A stretch of 64,000 nt of DNA, taken from an uncultured cyanobacterium (lineage in GTDB: Bacteria > Cyanobacteriota > Cyanobacteriia > Cyanobacteriales > Nostocaceae). Each line of letters begins with the position of its first letter. Within the stretch, counting starts at the first letter, position 1. This document shows, one piece after another, positions 53,027 through 64,000 of the stretch. A model generated the notes under the pieces. It was not told where the DNA came from. It worked only from the letters and a program-made list of their open reading frames with translations, and did not search any database. The position numbers and the translations under genes are program-made. The DNA lies in assembly GCA_963706595.1 (NCBI GenBank), contig OY970166.1, forward strand, positions 2,784,001 to 2,848,000. Direction: 5' to 3'.

Positions 53027-53234
53027 GTGTTTCCTACAGCAGTTTGCCATTAAATCAACTCAACATCTTAATTTTATAAATCTTGAGGGGTAGGCATACT
53101 TCGGCAAGTGTTACAGTGAGCTTGTCGAACTGCTCAGTATAAGTCTTGCCTGCCCTTTGCTATATTTTCAGTATATCTAAGAAATTTACCATCATCTCGA
53201 AACATTTCGCTTTGAAATCATCATTTTAATTACA

Positions 53235-53505
53235 TATAGGATTACTATTTGATTTTTGAACAGGATTAGGTATTGTAGTGGCGTGACAAGGCTAAAATGT
53301 TGCAATAGATTTTTGAGAAAATCGAGATAAATCTATGTTTTCTGCTTTTTTCCTAATGCACTATTTTAAGCTTGCCACGCTAGTAGGGTGCGTTAGGATG
53401 AAATCCGTAACGCACCTTCCCCAAGGCCTTCGGTGCGTTACGGCTTACGCCTAACACACCCTACCTGTACTTAGTTTGTTTCATAAATTAAATCGGATTC
53501 CTATA
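53235..53505. mobile_element. Nested MITE/REP composite
   Basis: Outer TIRs TATAGGATTACTATTTGATTT / AAATTAAATCGGATTCCTATA; REP doublet at 53383-53464; inner MITE 53279-53382 flanked by GTAG. Confidence 0.7.
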
Positions 53506-54182
53506 TATAGCTGGGGAGTAGGGAGTAGGGAGTGGGTTAAAACCCTCTAAGTTCAAACAAGGGTTTTGCCGCCAAGCAAGATAATTAATCAGACAAAATA
53601 GGATTTACCAATTCTGCAAAAAATGTAGTGACGTTACATGGAATGTCTCTACAAGAGTTCACCGAAAAGACATATTTAATTTTGGGAAATGATTCTTCTT
53701 CTAGTGAAACTAGCAGCAGTTTATTTGCTATATAGTTGAATTCACTAAAATTTATATTAATAATTGTAAATTCATTTGCAATACTTAACGGATCTGGAAA
53801 GCATAAAAAATAGCTATGCTTTAGTATTTCTTTAAAGTAAGATCAGGATTTATACGGATATAATTAGGTCTATAACTGTTTAAAATAATGGAATAGATAA
53901 CAAATTCTTTAACTCATCTTAATGACAGCTTAAAGTTATGTGAGAGTAAATTATGCGTCAAATTACTCTTCTATCATCATTAGCTTTGTTGACTTTTACT
54001 GTCATTAATCTTTAGCATCTTCACGAAGGAGCGCTCTCGGTTATTACATAAATAAGAAGTAGACAATTATCGAAATTAGTCTGCCAAGTCTATTCCTCAT
54101 CATTAAGACGCTTGCCAACAGCTATATAGCTAGTTTGGGTAATTTAAAGGGCTGACTTGTTAATTGATCAAAGGAATAAAGT

Positions 54183-55394
54183 ATGACCCACCCGGAACTG
54201 ATGATATCAAATAATATACTTCACGAATTTAAAACTTGTACTCAACTGCAATACAATGGTTATTTAAATATTAAAAGTACCAAGGGACATAAATGGATTT
54301 TCTACTATCGTCTAGGACGAATAGTTTGGGCAACTGGAGGAACCCATCCTTTCCGGCGCTGGCGGCGAAATATGACTCAATACTGCCCTCAGATTGATGT
54401 AGATAGGTTAAATTTACGGAAAGAAGACATAGAACTAGACTACTGGGATTATCGCATTCTAGAAATTTTGTATAAAAGACAAAGAATTGAACGAGAACAA
54501 ATTCATGCTTTTGTAGAAAACACAGTAGCAGAACTGTTATTTGATTTAGCCCAACAAACAAATTTTGTTTCTGCCAGTTGCGATCGCATTCAGGAAGTTA
54601 TCCTAGAAACACCCATGAGTTTCACGAGTGCAAATGTCTCGATGAAACAGATGGAAGACGCGTGGAAAACTTGGTCGGAAGCTGGTTTGGCTAATTTTTC
54701 TCCTGACTTAGCACCAGTTCTGCGGAAATCAGAACAACTCCAGCAACAGGTAAGTCCATCAGTTTACAAAAACTTTGTAAATTTGATTAACGGCAAATAC
54801 ACTCTGCGAGATTTAGCCGCCAAAATGAAACAGGGTATTGTCCCTGTCACCCGTTCATTACTGCCCTATATTCTCAAAGGTATTATTGAACTAGTAGAAG
54901 TACCTGATTTGCCTTTGTTAGTTACAGCAGTTAAAAATAAATCTGTTTCCAGCCCAGTTCCGAAATCTACTGCGCCCTTGGTAGCTTGCGTGGATGATAG
55001 CCCTCAGATTTGTAATACTCTGGAGGAAATTATGATCTCATACGGACTAAGATTTATCAAGATTCAAGATGCTGTCCAAGCTTTACCAATCCTGATTCAA
55101 GATAAGCCAGACCTGATTTTTTTAGATTTAATTATGCCCATTGCTAATGGGTATGAAATTTGTACTCAGTTGCGCCGAATTTCAGCCTTTGCCGACACAC
55201 CTGTGATTATCTTAACGGGAAACGATGGTCTTTTGGATCGAGTCCGAGCCAAGGTGGTCGGTGCTACAGATTTTATGACTAAACCCGTAGCATCAGATAA
55301 AGTCATGAGTGTAGTCCGGAAATATTTACCTGTAAAGCCGCAAGAGAAGTTAAACAGAAGGCTAGATCAAACTCATTTAAAGGTTTGTCATTAA
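54183..55394 (+). CDS. PatA-family response regulator (PixG-like)
   Basis: N-terminal PATAN-like domain and C-terminal receiver (VDDS, FLDLIMP, TKP). Confidence 0.88.
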   Translation: MTHPELMISNNILHEFKTCTQLQYNGYLNIKSTKGHKWIFYYRLGRIVWATGGTHPFRRWRRNMTQYCPQIDVDRLNLRKEDIELDYWDYRILEILYKRQRIEREQIHAFVENTVAELLFDLAQQTNFVSASCDRIQEVILETPMSFTSANVSMKQMEDAWKTWSEAGLANFSPDLAPVLRKSEQLQQQVSPSVYKNFVNLINGKYTLRDLAAKMKQGIVPVTRSLLPYILKGIIELVEVPDLPLLVTAVKNKSVSSPVPKSTAPLVACVDDSPQICNTLEEIMISYGLRFIKIQDAVQALPILIQDKPDLIFLDLIMPIANGYEICTQLRRISAFADTPVIILTGNDGLLDRVRAKVVGATDFMTKPVASDKVMSVVRKYLPVKPQEKLNRRLDQTHLKVCH

Positions 55395-55542
55395 AATCTT
55401 TCCTGTTGGTATTTTTGCTGGAAATAAATGAGAAAAATTCAGTTTTCAAACTTTCTTTATAACTCAAGTAAAAATTTAACTTATCAATAGGATTAATCAG
55501 ATTTTTTTAACGTCAAATTATGATCAAGGAATTTGAACAGCA

Positions 55543-55637
55543 TAGTACCGCAAGGCGGAAGTCAAAAGTCAAAAAGCTTATAAAATAGGCTTTTCATCGA
55601 TTTTAAATGGTCTGTTTATTTACGCCGACTTGTAATA
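55543..55637. mobile_element. MITE-like element
   Basis: Right end TTATTTACGCCGAC shared with the 16684-16820 element; similar to 9083-9178. Confidence 0.55.
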
Positions 55638-55763
55638 GCCTTTTTTCGGATTAAATATAAAAATTATCAAATGAAATTGCAGAGGATTGCAACTTTGTAT
55701 TGATATAATTTAGACACATAGTTCTATGTTTTCATTGTCAGAATAAATTTACAGGTGCTTACC

Positions 55764-56126
55764 ATGAATACTGTTTTAGTCGTTGAAGATGGTTTGACTG
55801 ATATGGAAATTATCAGTCGTTACTTGCAACAAGCGGGTTACTATGTAGTTAGTGCTACAAGTAGTGAAGAAGTTCAGGGCAAAATAGATAGCAATAAGCC
55901 AGATGTAATATTTCTTGATGTAATTTTACCAGGTAAAAGCGGATTTGAAATTTGCCGAGAATTGAAAAATAACCCCGACACTAGCAAAATACCCATAGTT
56001 TTTTGCTCAACTAAAAATAGTGATGTCGATAAAATTTGGGGAAATATGCTGGGTGCTGAAGCTTATCTTGCCAAACCTATAAATCCAGAAGAATTAGTAG
56101 TTACCCTGAATAGATTGCTGAAGTAA
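55764..56126 (+). CDS. CheY-like response regulator (PixH-like)
   Basis: Single receiver domain: VLVVED, FLDVILP, AKP; probable ATG at 55764. Confidence 0.92.
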   Translation: MNTVLVVEDGLTDMEIISRYLQQAGYYVVSATSSEEVQGKIDSNKPDVIFLDVILPGKSGFEICRELKNNPDTSKIPIVFCSTKNSDVDKIWGNMLGAEAYLAKPINPEELVVTLNRLLK

Positions 56127-56308
56127 AACTCGATAATTTGTGACTACTTGGAATGAATTTACCAACAGTTTCTGAAGAGGATAATTCCTAGAATTTATCT
56201 GTGCAGTTAAGCTAAAATCCTCAAGCCCACAGATAAAGCTGTGGTATCAATCCAAAATCTAAAATTGTCTGACTTAAAGTAATTATCTAGATCAAAGGAC
56301 AAATAACT

Positions 56309-56782
56309 TTGGAGAACAAGCAAAAATTTTTAAGTTTGAACTTGGGTGCAAAAGATACAGCAGTAATTTCTTTACAACAGATTACAGAAGTATTTCAAGT
56401 CTCCTTGGCAGATATATGTGGCGTTCCCCAGATGCCAAGTTGCGTTTTGGGTATCTATAACTGGCGTGGGGAGATGCTTTGGTTAGTTGATTTAGAGGAA
56501 ATGCTGGGTTATCCACCAGTTTTGCAAGAAGCAAATTTTCTCTCAAATATGATGACCATTGTGCTGGAAAAAGAGGGTAAATATTTAGGTTTATTGGTGC
56601 GGTCTCTCATGGATATTGAATGGCTAGATATCAATAAAATTAAGCCTGCATCTGCCGAATTATTTTATCCAGCCATGTCACCTTTTTTAAAAGGTTACTT
56701 TATTAATAGTGCTGAGGAGATGCTATTAAATTTGGATGCTACAGCAATTATTCAATCTCATATCTGGGCTATTAATAATTAA
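56309..56782 (+). CDS. CheW-like protein (PixI-like)
   Basis: VPQMP.CVLGIYNWRGE.LWLVDL. Confidence 0.92.
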   Translation: MENKQKFLSLNLGAKDTAVISLQQITEVFQVSLADICGVPQMPSCVLGIYNWRGEMLWLVDLEEMLGYPPVLQEANFLSNMMTIVLEKEGKYLGLLVRSLMDIEWLDINKIKPASAELFYPAMSPFLKGYFINSAEEMLLNLDATAIIQSHIWAINN

Positions 56783-56830
56783 TTTTCCGTCCCGACTGAA
56801 TACTATTAACAATTTTTGAGGCAATTTATC

Positions 56831-59800
56831 ATGACAGTTACATATCAGAACAGCCACGAAAATGAGCCAACAATGACTGATTTAGAACAGTTAAAAACTC
56901 CGAATGGTGGCAATTCTACCTCTGCATTGAATGTAGTTGACCAAGAATTTAAAAATTGGCGGCGAGATTTGCAAGAAATTACAACTCGAATGCGTCAAGC
57001 CTCAGATATGGATACGCTACTTCAAGTTACTGTGGCACAAATCAGGGCAAAAATTGCCTGCGATCGCGCCTTAATTTATCGCTTTACTTCTCTAGAATCT
57101 GGTACGGTTTTATCAGAATCTAGAGGCAGAGGTTGGACACCGACTATCAATGAAAATCTTCCAGGTATTCTGTTTGGTTTATATACCAGTGAAGACTATT
57201 TAGAACCTGTCGCTATTAACGATATTAATCAGGTACAACTGACACCTTATCAAAAGCAACTTTTAGAAAAATTTCAAGTCAAATCTAGTTTAACTTCACC
57301 CATTGTGGTAGAGGGTAAGGTCTGGGGCTTATTAGCAATCAATAATTGTGATTTAATCCGCCAATGGCAAGAGTCTGAAACTACTCTAATATCTCAAATT
57401 AGCACAGAACTCACCTACAAATTAAAAAGCTTTGAATACCAAAATGAATTACAACAGCAAGTCCTAGCTAAAAAATCGGTAGCCAGAGTCATTGATAAGA
57501 TTTTACGGGTATCAAGTGTCGAGCAAATTTTCCAAACAACCACTCAAGAAATTCGGCAATTATTGCGGTGCGATCGCGTCGGTGTTTACCGCTTTAAACC
57601 TGATTGGAGTGGCGAGTTTGTCTCCGAGTCAGTGGGTGAAGGTTGGATAAAATTGGTGACACCAGATTTCAAAATGGTTTGGGAAGATTCACACTTACAA
57701 GAAACCAAAGGAGGACGTTACGCCCAGGGTGAAAGCTTTGCTGTCAATGATATCTATCAAATGGGACATCAACAATGCCACATTGATATTTTAGAACAAT
57801 TTCAAATGAAAGCCTATATAATTGTGCCAATTTTTTCTGGTGAACAATTGTGGGGTTTATTGGCCGCTTATCAAAATTCTGGCCCGCGTGAATGGCAATC
57901 TTGGCAAGTAAGCTTTTTGACTGAGATTGGTTTACAATGTGGTGTCGCTATTTCTCAGGGTGAATATCTCGAACAAGTGCAGGTTAAATCTGAGCAATTA
58001 GTTCAAATTGCTGCCCAAGAAAAAGCACTGACAAAGACAATTAACCGGATTCGACAAGCTTTAGATGTAGACAGTTTTTTCAAAACAACTACTCAAGAAG
58101 TCCGCCAATCATTACGCTGCGATCGCGTCGCAGTTTATCGCTTCAGGGATGATTGGGGGGGCGAATTTGTAGCTGAATCAGTGGGGAACAATTGGGTAAA
58201 ATTAGTCGGGCCCGATATCAAAACAGTTTTAGATGATACCTACTTACAAGATACTCAGGGCGGTCGTTATACCAAAGGGGAAACCTTTGTGGTTAATGAC
58301 ACTTATACCATAGGACTTGCTCCTTGTCACATCGAGATTTTAGAGCAGTTTGAAGCCAAAGCTTATATCATTGTGCCGATCTTCTTTAGTGACAAACTAT
58401 GGGGCTTATTCGGAGCTTATCAAAACTCTGGTTCTCGTGAATGGCAGTCCTGGGAAGTTAACTTTTTAAATCAAATTGCCCTGCAATTTAGCCTAGCGAA
58501 ATCGCAAATAGATTATCTTGAACAAGTCAGGATAAAATCTGAGAAATTAGCGACCATAGCCGAAGAAGAAAAAGCAGTTACGAAGATAGTTAACCGCATT
58601 CGTCAATGCTTAGATGTAGAGGAGATTTTCAAAACAGCCACTCAAGAAGTCCGCCAATTACTAAGATGCGATCGCGTCGCAGTTTATCGCTTCAATCCCG
58701 ATTGGGGCGGCGAATTTATCGCCGAATCAGTAGGTCATAATTGGGTAAAACTAGTAGGCGTTGACATCAAAACCGTTTGGGATGATAGCCACTTACAAGA
58801 AACTCAAGGCGGTCGATATGCCAAAGGTGAAAGCTTTGTTGCTAATAATATCTATCAAGTAGATCATTCTCCTTGCCATATTGAAATTTTAGAGCAATTT
58901 GAAATCAAAGCTTACGTCATAGTTCCGATCTTCTCAGGAGAACAATTGTGGGGCTTATTGGCAGCTTATCAAAATTCCAGTCCTCGTGATTGGGAAGAAT
59001 CGCAAGCCACCCTGTTAGCACGTATTGGCGACCAACTAGGGTTAGCATTACAACAGACTGAATATTTGCAACAACTACAAGCACAATCAGCCAAACTAGC
59101 AGAAGCCGCAGCACGAGAAAAAGCCGCCAAAGAATTACTACAAAAACGGTCTATTCAACTGCTAACAGCCCTCAGACCAGCCTTGGATGGAGATTTAACA
59201 GTCCGCGCCCCAATTACCGAAGACGAGCTAGGTACAATTGCAGATGCCTACAACAATACTTTGCAAGCACTGCGGCAAATTGTGATCCAAGTCCAAACCA
59301 CTTCCCAAAAAGTAGCCCAAACTTCTAGTAGTAGTGATGCGTCACTGGCGGGACTGACAAATCTCGCCAAACAACAATCTCAAGAAATCACCACAGCCCT
59401 CAACGATATTCAACAGATGGTAGACTCTACCCAAGCGGTGGTAACTAATGCTGATTTGGTGCAAGTGGCGTTACAAAAAGCCAACCAAACCGTAGAGTCT
59501 GGTGATGCAGCAATGAACCAAACTGTCAAAGCCATCCAAGGAATTCGTGAAACCGTCGCCCAAACCAGTAAAAAAATTAAACGCCTGAGTGAATCTTCGC
59601 AAAAAATCTCCAAAGTGGTGAATTTAATCAGCAGTTTCGCCACACAGACCAACGTACTGGCGTTAAATGCAGCCATTGAAGCCACTCGTGCCGGTGAATA
59701 TGGTAAAGGCTTTGCAGTTGTAGCCGATGAAGTTCGTTCTTTATCTCGCCAATCAGCCGCCGCCACAATTGAAATTGAAAAATTAGTCCAAGAGATTCAA

Positions 59801-60124
59801 ACTGAAACCGGAGAAGTAGCAGTGGCGATGGAAACAGGGATTCAGCAGGTAGTGGAAGGGACAAACTTTGTTAGTGAAACTCGCCAAAACTTGAATGCAA
59901 TTGTTTCTGCAACTGCTGAAATCAGTCAGTTAATCCAGAGAATTACCGCCGCCACCCAACAACAAATGGGACAATCTGTAACGGTAACAGCATCAATGCA
60001 AGATGTAGCCGAAATTGCCAACAAGACTTTTACCGAATCTCAAGAAATTGCTGCGGTCTTGCAAGATTTATCAGGAATGGCACAAGGTTTATTAGCAACT
60101 GCTAGTAAGTTTAAAGTCAATTAA
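56831..60124 (+). CDS. pixJ: Soluble methyl-accepting phototaxis receptor with four GAF domains (cyanobacteriochrome PixJ-like)
   Basis: GAF2-4 carry D.(H/Y)LQ.T.GGRY and CH motifs of red/green CBCRs; GAF1 lacks the CH motif; MCP core [31 protein letters not shown]; no TM segments seen. Confidence 0.88.
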   Translation: MTVTYQNSHENEPTMTDLEQLKTPNGGNSTSALNVVDQEFKNWRRDLQEITTRMRQASDMDTLLQVTVAQIRAKIACDRALIYRFTSLESGTVLSESRGRGWTPTINENLPGILFGLYTSEDYLEPVAINDINQVQLTPYQKQLLEKFQVKSSLTSPIVVEGKVWGLLAINNCDLIRQWQESETTLISQISTELTYKLKSFEYQNELQQQVLAKKSVARVIDKILRVSSVEQIFQTTTQEIRQLLRCDRVGVYRFKPDWSGEFVSESVGEGWIKLVTPDFKMVWEDSHLQETKGGRYAQGESFAVNDIYQMGHQQCHIDILEQFQMKAYIIVPIFSGEQLWGLLAAYQNSGPREWQSWQVSFLTEIGLQCGVAISQGEYLEQVQVKSEQLVQIAAQEKALTKTINRIRQALDVDSFFKTTTQEVRQSLRCDRVAVYRFRDDWGGEFVAESVGNNWVKLVGPDIKTVLDDTYLQDTQGGRYTKGETFVVNDTYTIGLAPCHIEILEQFEAKAYIIVPIFFSDKLWGLFGAYQNSGSREWQSWEVNFLNQIALQFSLAKSQIDYLEQVRIKSEKLATIAEEEKAVTKIVNRIRQCLDVEEIFKTATQEVRQLLRCDRVAVYRFNPDWGGEFIAESVGHNWVKLVGVDIKTVWDDSHLQETQGGRYAKGESFVANNIYQVDHSPCHIEILEQFEIKAYVIVPIFSGEQLWGLLAAYQNSSPRDWEESQATLLARIGDQLGLALQQTEYLQQLQAQSAKLAEAAAREKAAKELLQKRSIQLLTALRPALDGDLTVRAPITEDELGTIADAYNNTLQALRQIVIQVQTTSQKVAQTSSSSDASLAGLTNLAKQQSQEITTALNDIQQMVDSTQAVVTNADLVQVALQKANQTVESGDAAMNQTVKAIQGIRETVAQTSKKIKRLSESSQKISKVVNLISSFATQTNVLALNAAIEATRAGEYGKGFAVVADEVRSLSRQSAAATIEIEKLVQEIQTETGEVAVAMETGIQQVVEGTNFVSETRQNLNAIVSATAEISQLIQRITAATQQQMGQSVTVTASMQDVAEIANKTFTESQEIAAVLQDLSGMAQGLLATASKFKVN

Positions 60125-60127
60125 TCT

Positions 60128-60299
60128 GGGAGTAGGGAGTAGGGAATAAGAGGCAGGGGGGCAGGGTGCAGGGTGCAGGGGGGAATAGGTGGCCGTATAT
60201 CCCACACTCCCCACTCCCCACTTCTCATTTCCCAATTCCCCACTCCCCACTCCCCACTCCCCACTCCCCACTCCCCACTCCCCACTCCCCACTCCCCTA
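60128..60299. repeat. STRR heptamer array (CCCCACT)n with inverted GGGAGTA copies
   Basis: About 9 tandem CCCCACT-type copies immediately before the CheA ATG. Confidence 0.9.
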
Positions 60300-60301
60300 T
60301 T

Positions 60302-63300
60302 ATGATTACAGATGCAGAAATTCGTGAACAAGGCTATATATATTTTCTGGCAGAAGCCCCAGATTTATTACAAATCATTGAACAAGAACTGTTTAGCTTA
60401 TTAGAAGAATTTAGTATTGCTAAAGTTCATAACTTAATGCGGGCAACTCATACACTCAAAGGCGGATCTGCTAACGTTGGATTAGAGATTATTAAAATGA
60501 TCTCTCATTCTTTAGAAGATGTTTTTAAAGCTCTTTACAATCCATCTGTGGTAATTGATGCTGAACTGCAAACACTCTTATTCCAAGCTTACGAATGTTT
60601 GAGCCTAGCCCTAACAACAGAACTGACAGAGAGTACAGTTAATAATGAAGAACTTCTGCAAAGAGCAGCTTTAGTTTTTGCTCAATTGCAAGAAAAACTT
60701 GGTGATGCTTATGGTAATGAAACTCATATTCCTACTTCTGAGGAATTAGGTTTTGATATTGTACAATCAATTTTTGAAACAGGTGTAAAGCAGCGTTTAG
60801 AAAGTATTGCTGAAGTTATTCATCATCCACCCGATGACCAAGAGTTTCAAGTTTTTTTAAGTTCTCAGGCTGAGGTGTTTCTGGGATTGGCAGAATCGTT
60901 AAATTTGCCTGGACTGCAAGAAATTTCTCGGATAATTATAGTCGCACTAGAAGCTAACCCTAAACAAGTACATCAGATTGCTGAACTGGCTCTGATAGAC
61001 TTACAGCAAGCACAAAAAGACGTACTCGGAGGCGATCGCATTTGTGGTGGCGCACCTTCACCAGAGTGGCAAAAACTCACAACTGTGGTAGATGAAGAGT
61101 TATCTGGATCTACTGGGAATTTTCTCAGTAATGCAGAAGACTTTTATAATTTTTTAACAGCATCTGGTAATACCAAAAATGAGCAGATCAAGCCAACAAC
61201 TGCCAAGCTATATTTAAAAGTAATTTACTATATTTTTGGCTGGTTTAATCACCAGATGGAAATACCTAAACAAGAACTTGAGTTATCTTTACTTATTCCC
61301 AAATTAGAGAAAGATCACCAAATAAATTATATTAATAATTGGTTAACTGATTTTTTGAATTTTGTCCAAGAGGAGGAAGATAGCCATAGTCTTTGCCTTT
61401 ATCGCCACGGCATAATTTTAATAATTCTGCTAGCAGTGGCTAAATTTCAATATATATCTGACCAGTCTGAAAGCTATGTTGTTTTAGTTCAAACATTACA
61501 AAATCAAATTCGGACATTAGCAAAAGAATATAAAAATTATTCCCCTGTTAATACTCAAGAGAAAAATTGGCTTGACAGTCCTAAATTACGTCCATTGCTA
61601 ATTTTTAAAGAAATATCAAATTCTGCGTTACCCATAACCGATAACTTGGTAGAAGAAATATGGGGAGCAGCATCAGAACCAAACCTCACTGATGATGAGG
61701 AAGTTAATAAATCATTAGCTGTCAGTGAGCAGGTAGTTGCAGATATTATCGAAACAGACATTGAAGCTATTGCTAATGCAGCTATCCAAAACAACGAACA
61801 GATACAAGAAGATAAATCCCAGTCGCCAGAAAATAAAACTTATCGCAAACCGACATTTATTCGTGTAGATGTAGACAAACTGCAACACCTAAATTATCTA
61901 GCTGGGGAATTACTGATTTATCAAAAACGCCGGACATTATACGATGAGAAAATTAAAGAAGTATTTGAACAATTATTAAAACGATTTAGTAGACACCAAG
62001 CAACTTTAAATCAATTAAGAGATTTACCTTTGCAGATGCAAAATTTCACATCCCAACCCACACAAAATTTTTCCTCTGTGAAATTTGATGCTTTGGAAAT
62101 GGATGTATATACAGAATTTCATCTGTCATTGCATGAAGCGATGGAAGAAGTTATGCAATTACAAGAAACTACAGAGTCCCTTGATTTATTACTCAGACAA
62201 GCTACTCAAATTAGTGACCAAAAACAGAGTTTAGCTTTTAGTATCATCGATAATTTAGTGGAAGCGCGGTTATCACCTCTGGGGAATGTCCTCAATCGCT
62301 TACCCCAGTTGGTGCAAAAACTGGGAAGTGTCTATGACAAAGTTGTAGAATTGAAACTCACAGGTACGGGAGTGCTAGTTGATAAAGCAATTGCTGAAAA
62401 GCTTTACGAACCCTTACTGCACTTAGTCCGTAATGCTTTTGACCACGGTATTGAATCTCCAGCACTTCGTCAAAAACATGGTAAACCAGAACAAGGATTA
62501 ATTGAAATTTGTGCCTATCATCAGGGTAGTCAAACTGTTATTGAAGTTCGAGATGATGGACAGGGATTAAATTTTGAACGTATTCGCAAAAAAGCTATTG
62601 AACTTAATTTTATAGCTGAAGATGACGCTAAAGGCTATTTTTCTCACTCGGATCAATCCGAATTATTAGATTTGATGTTTTTTCCAGGATTGTCCACTGC
62701 GGATCAGGTAAATGAAATTTCTGGACGTGGTATGGGGTTAGATATTGTGCGTTCTCAGTTACAAGCACTCAAAGGCTCTATTTCAGTTCAATCTTTACCT
62801 AATCAGGGTACAACTTTTATCCTCAAAATACCTTTTTCTATGACCACTGATAAATTAATGTTAGTCCAGGCGGGAGGAGTTGTTTACGCTCTACTGTTGG
62901 ACAGTATCGAAAAAATATTGATTCCTTCTACTCAGCAGATCAAGGAATTTGAAGACAAAAGAGTTTTACATTTGAATATAGATGATCATGAAACTATGAT
63001 CAACTTACATAAATTTTCTGAGTTGATTGATTATCAAGGTTCATTATTTAATGGTGCTAATTTACTAGGTAATACACCAATTATTCATGAAGCAGGAGTT
63101 ATGAAAAATCCTGTTTTGCTACTACGACGAAATCAAAGCGGTTTTGGTTTAGAAGTTGACCAAATAATTGGTGAACAAGAATTAGTAATTAGACCTTTAG
63201 GAAGTGCGATCGCACCACCAAAATATGTGTATGGTTGTAGTAGTTTAGCCAACGGTAATCTCATCTTAGTAATTGATGCGATATTACTGCTGGAGTCGAA

Positions 63301-63877
63301 GGAAAGTCCAGCCAAGTTGGATATTGCCACACTACCAGCAGCTCATAATTCGCCGCAAAAAGCCCTAGAGATGTCAGGGTATAATCTCTCAGATATGCCT
63401 TTATTGGCTGCTTCTGCGCCCACAAATACTATAGAAGAACAACCCCGTCGCTTTCTAGAACCAAGTCGCAAAGCTCCAAAAGTGATTTTAGTTGTAGATG
63501 ATGCCATTAGTCTCAGGCAAACCCTTTCTCTGACGTTACAAAAATCAGGCTATCAAGTCATACAGGCACAAAATGGTGTAGAAGCTCTAGAACAGTTGCA
63601 ACGCCATGCGGAAATTCAGGTAATTATCTCTGACTTAGAAATGCCACGCATGAATGGTTTTGAACTATTAAGTAATCTCCGACAAAACCCCAATTTCGTC
63701 AACATACCCATAGTAATTCTCACTTCCCGTAGTGCGGAAAAACATCGTCAGCTTGCTCAAGAACTGGGCGCAAATGCTTACTTAACCAAGCCTTACTTGG
63801 AGCATGAATTTCTTTCTATTGTCAATGATTTGATTAATCAAGAAGACTCAGATTCAACCTCTTTGGTAATGGTATAG
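60302..63877 (+). CDS. CheA-like hybrid histidine kinase (Hpt, HATPase, CheW, receiver; PixL-like)
   Basis: Hpt RATHTLKGG, HLVRNAFDHGIE, DDGQG, SGRGMGLD, C-terminal receiver; true start probably ATG 60302 (MITDAEIRE). Confidence 0.93.
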   Translation: MITDAEIREQGYIYFLAEAPDLLQIIEQELFSLLEEFSIAKVHNLMRATHTLKGGSANVGLEIIKMISHSLEDVFKALYNPSVVIDAELQTLLFQAYECLSLALTTELTESTVNNEELLQRAALVFAQLQEKLGDAYGNETHIPTSEELGFDIVQSIFETGVKQRLESIAEVIHHPPDDQEFQVFLSSQAEVFLGLAESLNLPGLQEISRIIIVALEANPKQVHQIAELALIDLQQAQKDVLGGDRICGGAPSPEWQKLTTVVDEELSGSTGNFLSNAEDFYNFLTASGNTKNEQIKPTTAKLYLKVIYYIFGWFNHQMEIPKQELELSLLIPKLEKDHQINYINNWLTDFLNFVQEEEDSHSLCLYRHGIILIILLAVAKFQYISDQSESYVVLVQTLQNQIRTLAKEYKNYSPVNTQEKNWLDSPKLRPLLIFKEISNSALPITDNLVEEIWGAASEPNLTDDEEVNKSLAVSEQVVADIIETDIEAIANAAIQNNEQIQEDKSQSPENKTYRKPTFIRVDVDKLQHLNYLAGELLIYQKRRTLYDEKIKEVFEQLLKRFSRHQATLNQLRDLPLQMQNFTSQPTQNFSSVKFDALEMDVYTEFHLSLHEAMEEVMQLQETTESLDLLLRQATQISDQKQSLAFSIIDNLVEARLSPLGNVLNRLPQLVQKLGSVYDKVVELKLTGTGVLVDKAIAEKLYEPLLHLVRNAFDHGIESPALRQKHGKPEQGLIEICAYHQGSQTVIEVRDDGQGLNFERIRKKAIELNFIAEDDAKGYFSHSDQSELLDLMFFPGLSTADQVNEISGRGMGLDIVRSQLQALKGSISVQSLPNQGTTFILKIPFSMTTDKLMLVQAGGVVYALLLDSIEKILIPSTQQIKEFEDKRVLHLNIDDHETMINLHKFSELIDYQGSLFNGANLLGNTPIIHEAGVMKNPVLLLRRNQSGFGLEVDQIIGEQELVIRPLGSAIAPPKYVYGCSSLANGNLILVIDAILLLESKESPAKLDIATLPAAHNSPQKALEMSGYNLSDMPLLAASAPTNTIEEQPRRFLEPSRKAPKVILVVDDAISLRQTLSLTLQKSGYQVIQAQNGVEALEQLQRHAEIQVIISDLEMPRMNGFELLSNLRQNPNFVNIPIVILTSRSAEKHRQLAQELGANAYLTKPYLEHEFLSIVNDLINQEDSDSTSLVMV

Positions 63878-63892
63878 CCATAAAACATAACA

Positions 63893-63923
63893 AAAACCCC
63901 TTCAATGCTCTCCATGAAGGGGT
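63893..63923. terminator. Hairpin after the CheA-like gene
   Basis: ACCCCTTCA...TGAAGGGGT stem. Confidence 0.5.
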
Positions 63924-64000
63924 AATTAAGTCTAATAGCAATTTAAGTTAGAACATTCAGTTAACTTTGTTCTTTTTGTACTTACGAAGTTGTTTAATAC

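Noticed and set aside
60173..60301. N-terminal PTPHSPL extension of the CheA-like ORF
   Set aside because: It is translation of the CCCCACT heptamer array; the plausible start is ATG 60302.

Overview
AT-rich chromosomal window from a heterocyst-forming cyanobacterium (Nostocales-like). The assignment rests on frequent HIP1 octamers (GCGATCGC), heptamer STRR repeats, chlL/chlN, a flv3B-flv1B-like pair and a Pix/Ptx-type phototaxis operon whose MCP carries four GAF domains. Most of the window is housekeeping: recO, deoC, rsfS, queE, glsA, rlpA, panC-cmk, sodB, purM, mltA, cobA/hemD and coaE. The standout is an initiator tRNA-fMet gene (minus strand, 7719-8050) split at the anticodon by an ORF-less 255-nt group I intron. 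Directly downstream, outside the intron, is a free-standing PD-(D/E)XK homing endonuclease gene closely resembling I-Ssp6803I, a split intron/endonuclease 'collaborative homing' arrangement. A toxin-antitoxin-rich accessory islet (about 15.7-18.9 kb) holds an amber-inactivated YoeB-like toxin, a gene whose start codon is supplied by an inserted MITE, a duplicated leader, and a 402-aa unknown gene bracketed by inverted repeats. Other features are many MITE/REP-like elements, a cupin-cysteine hydrolase-amidohydrolase cluster, and three single-base frameshifts (queE, a DUF5331-like gene, purM) that may be sequence errors. All calls come from reading the sequence by eye and from recalled family motifs; no searches were run.
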